64,000 bases of DNA from Octopus sinensis. Taxonomy: Eukaryota. The stretch lies in contig NC_043005.1 in NCBI RefSeq assembly GCF_006345805.1, positions 18,910,001-18,974,000 of the forward strand, written 5' to 3'. The translations under genes and the position numbers were made by a program. Of this stretch, positions 53,390 to 64,000 are shown one piece after another (position 1 is the stretch's first letter; every line of letters begins with the position of its first letter). The notes below the pieces were generated by a model. The model was not told where the DNA came from and made no database searches. It saw nothing but the letters and a program-made list of their open reading frames with translations.

Positions 53390-53432
53390 TATATATATAT
53401 ATAATATATATTAGATATATATATATATATAT

Positions 53433-53471
<39 letters not shown>

Positions 53472-53659
53472 GGTATGTATGTATGGTATATGCGTGTGTA
53501 TGTATTTATATATATTCTGCGTTAAATTAGGAATCGATGACGAGTGAAAATTTTGTAAATGATAATTATTTTCTTAAAGCTTATAAGCGTTCACCGTGTT
53601 TGGCTAAAGAAAACGGCATAATATTGGAGTGTATGGGCCATCGACGGAAAAACGGGTAT

Positions 53660-53733
53660 TAGTTCGCGTGGGAATCGAACTCACGCCTCTTATTTTCGTG
53701 ATAAGTGTGCTGACCGATTGCACCAACTTAACC
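53660..53733 (-). tRNA. tRNA-like sequence or pseudogene (Pol III A/B boxes, T5 terminator); identity uncertain
   Basis: D stem GTGC/GCAC; anticodon stem CTTAT/ATAAG with 7-nt loop CACGAAA (A at position 33, nominal CGA); T arm GTGAG-TTCGATT-CCCAC; poor acceptor stem; TTTTT 8 nt downstream. Confidence 0.55.
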
Positions 53734-53744
53734 ACCATTTTCTT

Positions 53745-54470
53745 TAGTATCTGATGCAAATACCCGGGGCCTTCGACTTCTTGAACTTAAGACCACACTA
53801 GTCATGAAACACTACCCGCCTTCACCAATAGATGATGGGATTAAACGAGCCAAGAAAATAGATATTCAAGCAATCAGGGAAACAAAACAAAATTCTTTAC
53901 TTCATTTAAAAATTCTATTTTATATTTCGACACACAACCCTAGAAACAATAAGGCATATAACACCATTAACCAAAATTTACCTGTGCTCACTAGGGACTT
54001 TAAGATGAACCACATTCTACAAACACACAGATTCATCAAAAATAAAAAGGAAAGAAAAAACAACCTAAAACACTAAAAAGAATACTGGCAGGTGTGAAAT
54101 TATACACAACAACAATGGAACCAAGAGTTAAAAGGTGCGGCGTCCAATCTGTGGAATATGCCCCGACCTACAGGAAGTCTTGGAATTCCACTTCAAACAA
54201 GGACAGAAGTTTATAGTTGAGACTGGTTTTACCTATGCATCCGAATATTTAATTTATGTGATAACTTGTTCGGGATGTAGGTCAAACGAGGATATCCCTC
54301 AGGCACTGCATAAGGAACAGTTTCCTATGCCAAGGTATAGACAAATATATTTAAGCGATCACACAGAGAGATGTGCACGGAATCTCCAACCAAACTTCAC
54401 TGTTTTACTCATTTACCTATGCTCGGAATCAATTTATATCAACAACGGTTAATTAAAGAGAATATATTCA
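53745..54470 (+). mobile_element. Penelope-like element 3' fragment (thumb, linker, GIY-YIG)
   Basis: SDANTRGLRLLELKTTL..HYPPSPIDDGIKRA; RPICGICP; LIYVITCSGC; homologous to the 44 kb element. Confidence 0.85.
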
Positions 54471-55813
54471 CTGAAGATTACAAACAGCACTTTAATATGA
54501 ACACATAACCAATGTGTGTATGTATTGTACATGTATGTATACATATGTACGTGTATGTATACATATATATGTGTCTATGTGTATTTACGTATGTATGTAT
54601 GTATGTACGTACGTACAAAGAAATGGATCGAGGTGGAGTGAAAGAAAGAAAGAAAATAGAACAGAAGAAACGCTTCAAGAATTAATTACGTCATCTTACA
54701 TGTGTTTGAATTGGGATAATTGCTTTATTGTGCAACTGAAGCCAGGTAAATTCTACAGATCAAAGAAGCGTATGAACAATTAAAAAAATGAGAAATAGTT
54801 GTCCCATTTGCTATTGTGTGGGGGCGTTATGTTTAAACTATATTGTAAAAATAGTGTAAAATCTCATTCGAATCTCTATGTCTAGAGGTGTCTCTATGCA
54901 CACACACACACCCACACACACACATACACATACACGCACATACACACACACATATGTCCATAGTTTAAGTATGAAATTAGCTGAGAAATAATTCGAATTG
55001 GCATCTATTTGAATAACATAGACAGATATCGGTTTGTCGAATACATTACAACAAAAATTCATTATTTATTAAAATTATCTCCACCTCTAAAATATTTCAT
55101 GATTACCAAATTATATTATGGCCAGTTCTACTTGAGAAGGACAGACAATTTCGAGATTCAAGTATTCTACAAAACTGACATGTTATTTGGTAAAGGGACG
55201 GGCTTATCGTCTGGAGATAAGAGGATAGTCGTGGACAAGAGTTTCTGATTCAATAGCATTCATCATTACAATTGTTCAACATTATCTTCTTATATATAAA
55301 TAATTTATGTACACAGACACACACTCAGATGTGTGTTTGTGTGTGAATTTGTGTGTGGGAATGTGTGTCTGTTTGTCTGTCTGTGTGTGAGTGTGCGTAT
55401 GTCTGTGTATGAGTATGTGTGAGTGTGTGTGTGTTTGTCTGAGTATGTGTGTGTATTTATGAGTGAGTGTGTGTGTATCTATGTGTGTGTATGACTGTGT
55501 GTGTATGTGTCTGTGTGAGTATGTGTGTCTGTGTGTATTTGTGTCTATGTGCGAATGTGCGTATCTGTGTGTTTGTGTGTGCAAATGCGCGCGTATGTGT
55601 GTCTGGGCTAAATTTGCTAAACGGTTTTATTATGATGTGTGTCTAACCCATGTTACGCAGGACATATTACACTGGAGTCGATACAAAAAATGCTCCATAT
55701 TCTCAATTTTTTTGAAACCCCAAATTAACATGCGACTTGTGAAAAGAAAGCTTTGCATTGCTCAGAACGTATGAAATTAGGGATAACTAAAAGCTGAAAA
55801 CAAGCGTTTGAAC

Positions 55814-55860
55814 CAGGGGTTCCCAAACTTTTGGGGGCTGCCGCCCTCTTGACACCCAGG
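55814..55860. mobile_element. isolated hAT-MITE-like terminus
   Basis: CAGGGGTTCCCAAACTTTT is typical of Charlie-like ends; no partner TIR found. Confidence 0.45.
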
Positions 55861-56122
55861 TTATATTCCTAGCGTCCTCACCCCAACTAACCATCTCAAG
55901 CATAGACCTCTTTCTGTAGCAAATTCAAAAGAACTGTATTTCACAAATAAAACTTTAACTAATGGCGTAGAAGTGGCTGTGTGGTAAGTTGTCGCGGTGG
56001 ATGTCACGTCGTACGTAAAAAATTGAACATTTGAAGCATGACCACAGGTAAAGCATTTGTTTTGGGGGAGCTTAGTGAAGTCTGTTGTCTGTATGGGTAA
56101 TTTTTTTTCGAACAAGGGTCTC

Positions 56123-56610
56123 CACTTTGCCTTTCATCCTTTTGGAGTCGATAAATTAAGTACCAGTTACACACTGGGGTTGATGCAATCGACTTAATCC
56201 GTTTGTCTGTCGTGGTTTGTCTTCTCTGTGTTTAGCCCCTTGTGGGTAGTAAAGAAATAGGTATTTCGCCTGCGGTTACATTCTGAGTTCAAATTCCGTC
56301 GAGTTCGACTTGCCTTTCATCCTTTCGGGGTCGATTAAATAAGTACCAGTTACGCACTGGGGTCGATATAATCGACTTAATCCGTTTGTCTGTCCTTGTT
56401 TGTCCTCTCTGTGTTTAGCCCCTTGTGAGTAGTAAAGAAATAGGTATTTTGTTTGTCTTTATGTTCTGAGTTAAAATTCCCCCAAGGTCAATTTTGCTTT
56501 TCATCCTTTCGGGGGCGATAAATCAAGTACCAGTTGCGTACTGGAGTCGAGCTAATCGACTGACCCTCTCCCCCAAAATTTCGGGCCTTGTGCCTAGAGT
56601 AGAAAAGAAA
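56123..56610 (+). mobile_element. trimeric SINE family C, head truncated
   Basis: Same three-module order and tail (AAAATTTCGGGCC..CTAGAGTAGAAAAGAA) as 8139-8726. Confidence 0.85.
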
Positions 56611-56779
56611 ATGCTTTGGTCAGGCTTAGATCACTAAGATTCTCTCGCTCGTTTATATGAATATCTGGATGGAAAAACTGATGAGTATCATCTTTGGTGG
56701 AAATGATATTGTTGTTCCACTTAAGCAATGGAAGACATTTTTTTTAATAGTTTTAATTTCCACCCGTGTAAACTACGCC

Positions 56780-57229
56780 TTGTATAGGTGTGTGCACGAG
56801 TGCATTTATGTGTGTATGTGTGTGAATGTGTGTGTGTGTCTGTGTATGTCTATGCATATATATGTGTATGTATTCGTGTGAATGTTGGTGTCTGTGTACG
56901 AGAGAGCGTGTGTGCATATGTTTGTGTGCAAATATATGTGTGTGTGTCTGCATGTGAATGTGTGTCCGTGTGTGTTATGTGGGCGTGTGAATATGTGCCT
57001 ATGTGTATATACATTCTTGCACGTGCATGAAGGTGGTTATAAAATATATACGGACACCTAGAATTACACGGATTTTATCCGTTTCCAGCCAATTTATTTA
57101 CTTTTCTGCTCCGATCTTAAATCGCGAAGCTTTCTAGTGACATTAATCTGGACAAACACGCACAAGCGCATGCACGCACAAACACACACATACACACACA
57201 TACACACACACACATACACACACACACAT

Positions 57230-57260
<31 letters not shown>

Positions 57261-57286
57261 CACACACACATACACACACACACACA

Positions 57287-57326
<40 letters not shown>

Positions 57327-57496
57327 CACAACACACACACACAAACACACACCCAACACACACACTACACACACACACACACAAAAAAACACACACACAC
57401 ACACACACACAACACCACACAATACACACAACACACACACAAACACACACACACACACACACACACATCACACACAACACCACACACACAAACACA

Positions 57497-57527
<31 letters not shown>

Positions 57528-57776
57528 TACATATATATATCACATGCACACATATGCACACATGTCTGTTTGTTTCTAGGTGTGTTTGGTGTTTCGGTCT
57601 CCATGTGTGTGGTTTGTGTGTAAATATATTTATGTCTTTGTATGTAGGTATGAGTATGTGTGTTTTTGTGTGGGTGTGTAGGTGTGAATATATATATATG
57701 TGTGTATATATGTATGTACATACGTATATTCATGCATACACCTATATATATAAAAATATGTATATATATATATAAT

Positions 57777-57818
<42 letters not shown>

Positions 57819-58021
57819 ATATATGCATATATGTGTATATGCGTATATAGATATATGTACGCGTATATATATATACACACAGATATATAATATGCATGTC
57901 TCTGTGTGTGCTTGTGTACGTATGTGTACTTGTGTGGAGTATACGTGTATATATGTATGTATATACATACGTATATATCCTGCATACACATATATGAATA
58001 TTTTATATGTGTGTATATATA

Positions 58022-58053
<32 letters not shown>

Positions 58054-58301
58054 GCATAATGTGTATGTGCATAGTGATGTATGCATACGTAAATATTCTA
58101 TATATATATTATATATATATATACATATACATATAAACATGTGTTGTTGGTTGTGGTGTGAGTATACGTATATTATGTATGTATATACATACGTATATAA
58201 CATGCATACACAATATATAATTTTTTATATGTATGTGTATTAATATATAATTTACATAAATATGCATATATGTGTATGTGCATTTGTAGATGTATATGTG
58301 C

Positions 58302-58344
<43 letters not shown>

Positions 58345-59339
58345 TGTGTGTGTATGTATGTGTGTCTGCATATATGCTATGGATATTATACGAATGCAAG
58401 CCATCTTGAATTGTTGTGTACTGCACCGATCTTCTTTGAAACACTGATTTGGACAGACCGTTCTCTCTGTCCATGTGTGTTGTATCCAAGAGTGTCATTT
58501 TCAGTAGTTATGTGTTGCACAGTCATTCTGGGATTTAATCTGGCTGCCCAATTCCCTTCAGATTCACAAGAATGCTTGCCAAAACTTTGAACAATGTTAT
58601 TTCTACCATATAATCTCATGAAATTGAATCTTGTATTCTTAAAAGCTAATTCTCATTTATTTCCGTATTAGAGATCGACCAATTCGAATCAGGCAATTTG
58701 TATTTTGATTCCACCTCTGGCTCGGACGTAATTTCATGTTGGAATATGAGGATGTATGTGCGTGAAGAAGGAGAGAGAAAAAAGAGCTTCAACAAAAAAA
58801 AAAGAGAAAAGAAGAGACGCGCATATAGGGTTTTAGTTTGAAATAAAGAGATGCAAAAGATAAAAAAGATAGATAAGGATAGACAGAAAGAAGAGCAAAC
58901 TAGCGTAGCAGTGGAGCGATAGATAGAATGCAACGATTGTAATCCTTTGTACACACTTTGTTTTAGTTGAAATTTAAGCTTTTCATAAAAGGATAAAAGC
59001 GAATCGCTAAGAAAATAGGAAGGCTTCCTTCTTTGAATCAAAGGTGCTAGCAGTTTCTGATAATCGAGTTCAAATACACACACACACACACACACACAAC
59101 ACACACACACACACATACACACACACACACACATGCACACACATGCACACGCACACACACAGACAAGGAAACAAACAGACGCGCACACACATACAGACAC
59201 ATACACGCACTCACACGCACACACATACACACATATATAACACACGTACATACAAGCACACATATAAATTTGAGTGCGTGTGTGCATGTGTGTGAGAGTG
59301 CGCATGGTGTGTTTATGTATGTGTGTGGGGGGGTATTTG

Positions 59340-59376
<37 letters not shown>

Positions 59377-59400
59377 CCGTGTGTGGGTGTGGGTGTCTAT
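56780..59400. repeat. large degenerate (CA/TG/TA)n low-complexity field with short unique islands
   Basis: Direct. Confidence 0.9.
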
Positions 59401-59939
59401 GTGGGTGTATATATTATTGCACGCTTACTATTAGTGAGTAAAGGCGCGTCTGTACGCATGCGTCCATATGTGACCCTAGGGTTCTAAAATGGAAAATCTT
59501 TTAAATGTTTCACATTTTTCGCCCAATCGATTGGGAGAATGGAGAATTTACATAAGTATTTTAGTTATTTCCTTATGTATTTCTTTCTGAAAATGCCACA
59601 TTTTCTTGGTTTCGACTTAAGACCTTTGTTGCGCAAAACGGTGAACCTATGATAATGGGGGAAAGTAAAATTCATGGCCGAGTTTGATAAAAACCGAAAT
59701 ACAAAAAATGGAGGTTTCGGAATGGTTTGCAAGATACATGTAGGGCAGGAAGAATTTTTTGCGTCTGACGATACGTCTAAGGGTACCGGTTCCGAAAAGA
59801 CGTGCGACAAAATCGATGCCAGAGTTGCACCGGCCCAAATCGGTGGCCTTTCCTTTGAACAACATCTGTATCGCAGGAAGGCAAAATTTCTATGTATTGG
59901 CATTTGACAGTTTTCTGTGCCCGTCTTCAGACGACGGCG

Positions 59940-60311
59940 ATTTGATGGAGGGAGCGAGCTAATGTACATCACATATATTAGATCACTATAAACAAATCAT
60001 ATGTGCAGGCCGTTCGGCAAAAAGTGGAGCACACATGCGTCGTCGTCGACGGGAGATTCCATTATATATATATATAAAATCATATGAGCGCGTCCACACG
60101 CTCACATATGCAACTATATACTTGCACATACCCATCCTTCCTACTTCCCCTACTTCCGCTCCAACAACCCGACCGACTTCCTGTCGACCACGCGTTCGAT
60201 TTCCCCTTCCCCATGCGGTATTTTCCAACTACTTATGTCGCTGATATAGCGATATACCAACATCAAACCGCATGTGACCTTCCTTGAGCAATCGCAGCCC
60301 ACCTTACGGAA
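59940..60311 (+). promoter_or_regulatory. CpG-richer unique segment ending in a GTAAGA donor; possible promoter or first exon
   Basis: Locally high CpG, no repeat homology noticed, GAA|GTAAGA at 60311/60312. Confidence 0.25.
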
Positions 60312-60569
60312 GTAAGAATCAACGTCTTTCGTTCAAATTCAAAATGGCTGAATACTAGCATCACGCTTGAAACTCGGAGTACCAACGAATTTGAATCAAA
60401 CTGTTTTGATTCATATACATTTGTGTGTGTGTATGTGTGTGTTTGTGTGTGTGTGTGTATGTGTGTGTGCGTGTGTGTGTGGTGTGTGTGTGTGTGCATG
60501 AGTGTGTGTGTGTGTGTGTGTGTGACTGTGTGTGTCTATAAGTTTTGTATCGTTTTTCACAATTCAATA

Positions 60570-60850
60570 AAAATATTTAGATAACATACCTTTATTTCAC
60601 CACATACGTCCTATTTTGTTCCACTACTTTTTGCCATTTTTGAGGCAGATTCATGAACCCATTCTCCCAGAATTTGGTATTTTCTGGGGCATGAACTGGT
60701 CTAAGTGGTTTTTATTGTCTTTCAAAGACTTGAAGCTCTTCTCATTAAGAGAATTGTGTTGGAATCAAAATAAACGGTAACTCGAAAGTGGAAGGTCAGG
60801 TGAGAACGATCGGTGTCGTACGACATCTCAACAAAGTTGTACTAAATTCT
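60570..60850 (-). mobile_element. mariner transposase C-terminal remnant
   Basis: Frameshifted similarity to SDYHLF..NSL..FWENG..KVVEQNRTYV. Confidence 0.65.
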
Positions 60851-61880
60851 AAAGGATCTGCAAGGAAACATGAGGTTTGGTGTTATCCCGAAGGAAGACC
60901 ATACCTTACTAGCTGGCTATTTCTAGACTTCTTCATTAATTGCTTCCTTTAATAGGTCTTATTGAGAACAATGATTCAATCAACATTTGGTTTTGCTGAA
61001 GTTACTAATACGTAATGTCCTTCCAAATCCTGCCAGATAAGAGCATCTCCTACTTCAGAGACTGGTGGACATGTAGAATGATTAAAAGTGGCTCATTTCG
61101 TTTTCTCCAAGACTTTTTTCACTTCACTTCATATATATGTATGCATATATATGTATATATGTTGTTGTAAACAATACATATTTCGTCACCTGTGATCGAT
61201 CTTTAAAAAAAAGACCGTTTTTATTGCGTTTGACCCGAGAAATACAGATGCAGATGTACGCCATTAAGTTTTCTCTACGTTTAGTTATGAAGTACCGACA
61301 CATCATAATGAGTCACGTAGCCGTGTATTTTTAAATGTCTTGTGATAATCATATGAGCTATGTGGAGTATCGCTGCGATGTCTTATGCCATGTGACCTTG
61401 ATTAGTTTTTATTATCCTTCCCATTTCATCTTCAACAATGACTGTAGGACTACCGGAACGTTCACGAACTTCCAAATTAAAACTTCCACTCCTAAACCTT
61501 GTAAAAAACTTACAAGCAGCTCTCTCAGTGATGGCACACTCTCAGTAAACAGCCCATATCATTTTCCCGGTTTGTACAATGTAACCAACTCACACACTTT
61601 CGGAAAATAAAAGGACATCAAATGATGAAAATATATCTTTAATTTCCTCCATTTTCAGTTGGATGTAAAAACAGCAGACTTCAAACTATCCACAAAGTAA
61701 TGATATCAAAAGATGTATTGTAATGTCACCTTTCAGAAAATATATACGTGTCTCTTATGTTTCTGTCACGTGAAAAATTTAAAAAAACGTTTTAAAATGT
61801 CACCAATTGAAAAACAGTATAAGCTTTTACAAACATCCAAAAACACGCGCACCCGCATAGGATTGTGGCAGGAGGTTTAT

Positions 61881-61951
<71 letters not shown>

Positions 61952-62071
61952 GTGATCCCTCACCACGAAGGGCTGCGTGCACTTACTTATATTTTCCTGA
62001 GCGTTATACTAATACATCTGTTTGTTTTGTACACCACCTGTCTTCGTCTTTGTTTTTTTTCGTAAACTTTC

Positions 62072-62153
<82 letters not shown>

Positions 62154-62180
62154 GTGTATGTGTGTGTATCTGTGTGTGTG

Positions 62181-62250
62181 TTATTAATAAAGCTGCAAAG
62201 ACATCACAAAAATTGTTACCCAGAGTTTCGCGTTTCCGTTCGTCAAGCAG

Positions 62251-62252
<2 letters not shown>
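62181..62252 (-). ncRNA. decayed minimal hammerhead-like motif between microsatellites
   Basis: Minus strand AACTGC-tTGACGA-aCG GAAA CGC-GAAA-CTCTGGG-TA-ACAATT. Confidence 0.45.
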
Positions 62253-62293
<41 letters not shown>

Positions 62294-62341
62294 CTTACAT
62301 ATAAATAACTGTGTATGTATATGAGCATGTGCCTATATATG

Positions 62342-62380
<39 letters not shown>

Positions 62381-62775
62381 GAACACAAAAAACGCATACA
62401 TACGTTTCTATGTGTATTTAAGTGTGTGTCTGTGTGTGTTTGTGTGTATATGCGTGTATGTGTGCGCGCGCGTTTGGGCGTATGTGTAGGTTTAATCTTT
62501 TGCATGCCAGTTATTTTTCCAGTCTTCCTAGAGCATATGTTTTGTCAACCATCATTTTACAGCTGTCCATCGCCATTAGTTTCTTTGCACGAAGACTGTT
62601 ATTGAAAGCACACATTTCTGTAAACTTCGTTTCACTAATTTATTTTCTGTTTCAAATATCAACAAACTACAAATCTGTTTCTTTCGTCTATTAATTCGTC
62701 TTCATTTCATTAAGTCTTGCTTTCTATTTCAGGCTCTGGTTTCGTGTTTGCTTTTGCAGCGTCCTTTAACTCTCA

Positions 62776-62870
<95 letters not shown>

Positions 62871-63718
62871 ACCACACACATAAACCAAGCTCACAAATAC
62901 ATACAGGCAACGCAAATCAAATAAATATTCACACAGATAACGCTACACACGCATACACCCATAAGCACAGCAAAGCCATATACAGGTAACTCTCAGTAAA
63001 TACACTTATATACGCCTGCATACAGACAACGGTACACATACTCGAGTTAACGATGGAGCTTATATTTCGGGTGACCACATACAACGATAGGAAACCGGCT
63101 GTGAGAAAAATACGAATGTAAACATTTTTCTTCCATGCTTTTGGTGTGTGAGAATACGAAGTGAGCTGTCTCGTAACGGAACTTTTCACGAATTGTAAAC
63201 CGCTCCTCAGATATAGAATTCCGGTTTCCCGGTTTTCTTCGCCAAACACCAGCATGGAATATTTAACTACCATATAAAGCAGATATAAATTTAGCTATTA
63301 CTCCACTGTAAAGTGTAATATGCCTACTTTTGTTTTTGACAGTTCATCATTACTTAGATATCAATTAAGCAGTTTATAGTTTATGCACAACACGCCGTTA
63401 AGCAGAGAGACTGAAATAAATATGTTTTAGAAAGCCTAGCTGTCAGAGAAACATTAATGTGAGTTCGTTGCTTCGATGATTTTGCTGTGCAAGAACGGAG
63501 CGAAAGTCTCCTGGCGCCCATATTACGTTTTATTGATTGCTCCTTACAAGAAAAAAATACACAACACAGATACACACATGCATATAGAAATACATACATA
63601 CTTATACATACATACTATATGCACATGTACATACAAAGATATTTACATCGATACATCCTTCGTATCTCGTGTCAGATTTGCCTGCCTGCCTGTACATATG
63701 CATAGGTCTGGATAAAGA

Positions 63719-63937
63719 ATGTCTGAAACAGCAACAGTATACAAGTCTCCATCCGCTAAGTTCCCCCCCACCCCGATGTTATCCAATGGGAAAACCATGT
63801 CTCGCAGTAGTATCGTCGAAGATTTTGCCGCCAGAATGCAAAGAACCGATTCATACACCTTTAAACCTCTTGTCTGGCGGTCTAACATGTCCAACATTCC
63901 ACCACCTAGATGGGTCCAGTTAAATTATCATCACTGA
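63719..63937 (+). CDS. candidate coding exon, unknown product (72 aa)
   Basis: Unique, GC-richer ORF with ATG 13 nt after a CATAG| acceptor-like site. No recognisable domain; no clear in-frame donor. Confidence 0.25.
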   Translation: MSETATVYKSPSAKFPPTPMLSNGKTMSRSSIVEDFAARMQRTDSYTFKPLVWRSNMSNIPPPRWVQLNYHH

Positions 63938-64000
63938 ACGTTTGAAGACCATGATTGGTATGGGTAGGATTTGAACTCAAAGTGCATGGCATTTTATCCA

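Noticed and set aside
59760-59940. CTGACGA/CTGAAGA motifs near GAAA
   Set aside because: Stem II does not close and no stem I pairing

Overview
Repeat-saturated, AT-rich animal DNA, most consistent with an Octopus genome. That assignment rests on recalled resemblance of the tRNA-derived SINE families and the microsatellite load, not on a database search. No intact host gene is recognisable, and most listed ORFs are microsatellite read-throughs. The window holds decayed mobile elements: Penelope-like elements (PLEs; RT and GIY-YIG), R4/Dong-type RLE LINEs, CR1/RTE LINE ends, four mariner remnants, one decayed autonomous Helitron, five ~396-bp non-autonomous Helitrons, hAT/pogo/Tc1 MITEs and at least four SINE families, many with target-site duplications (TSDs). 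The most notable signal is a set of unrelated short elements carrying minimal hammerhead-ribozyme-like cores. They share a 5'-inverted (fold-back) architecture with the coding PLEs, suggesting a diverse non-autonomous PLE/retrozyme-like system. A Pol III tRNA-like unit also abuts one PLE. A possible gene 5' end (promoter-like exon near 60 kb, candidate coding exon at 63.7 kb) is weakly supported.
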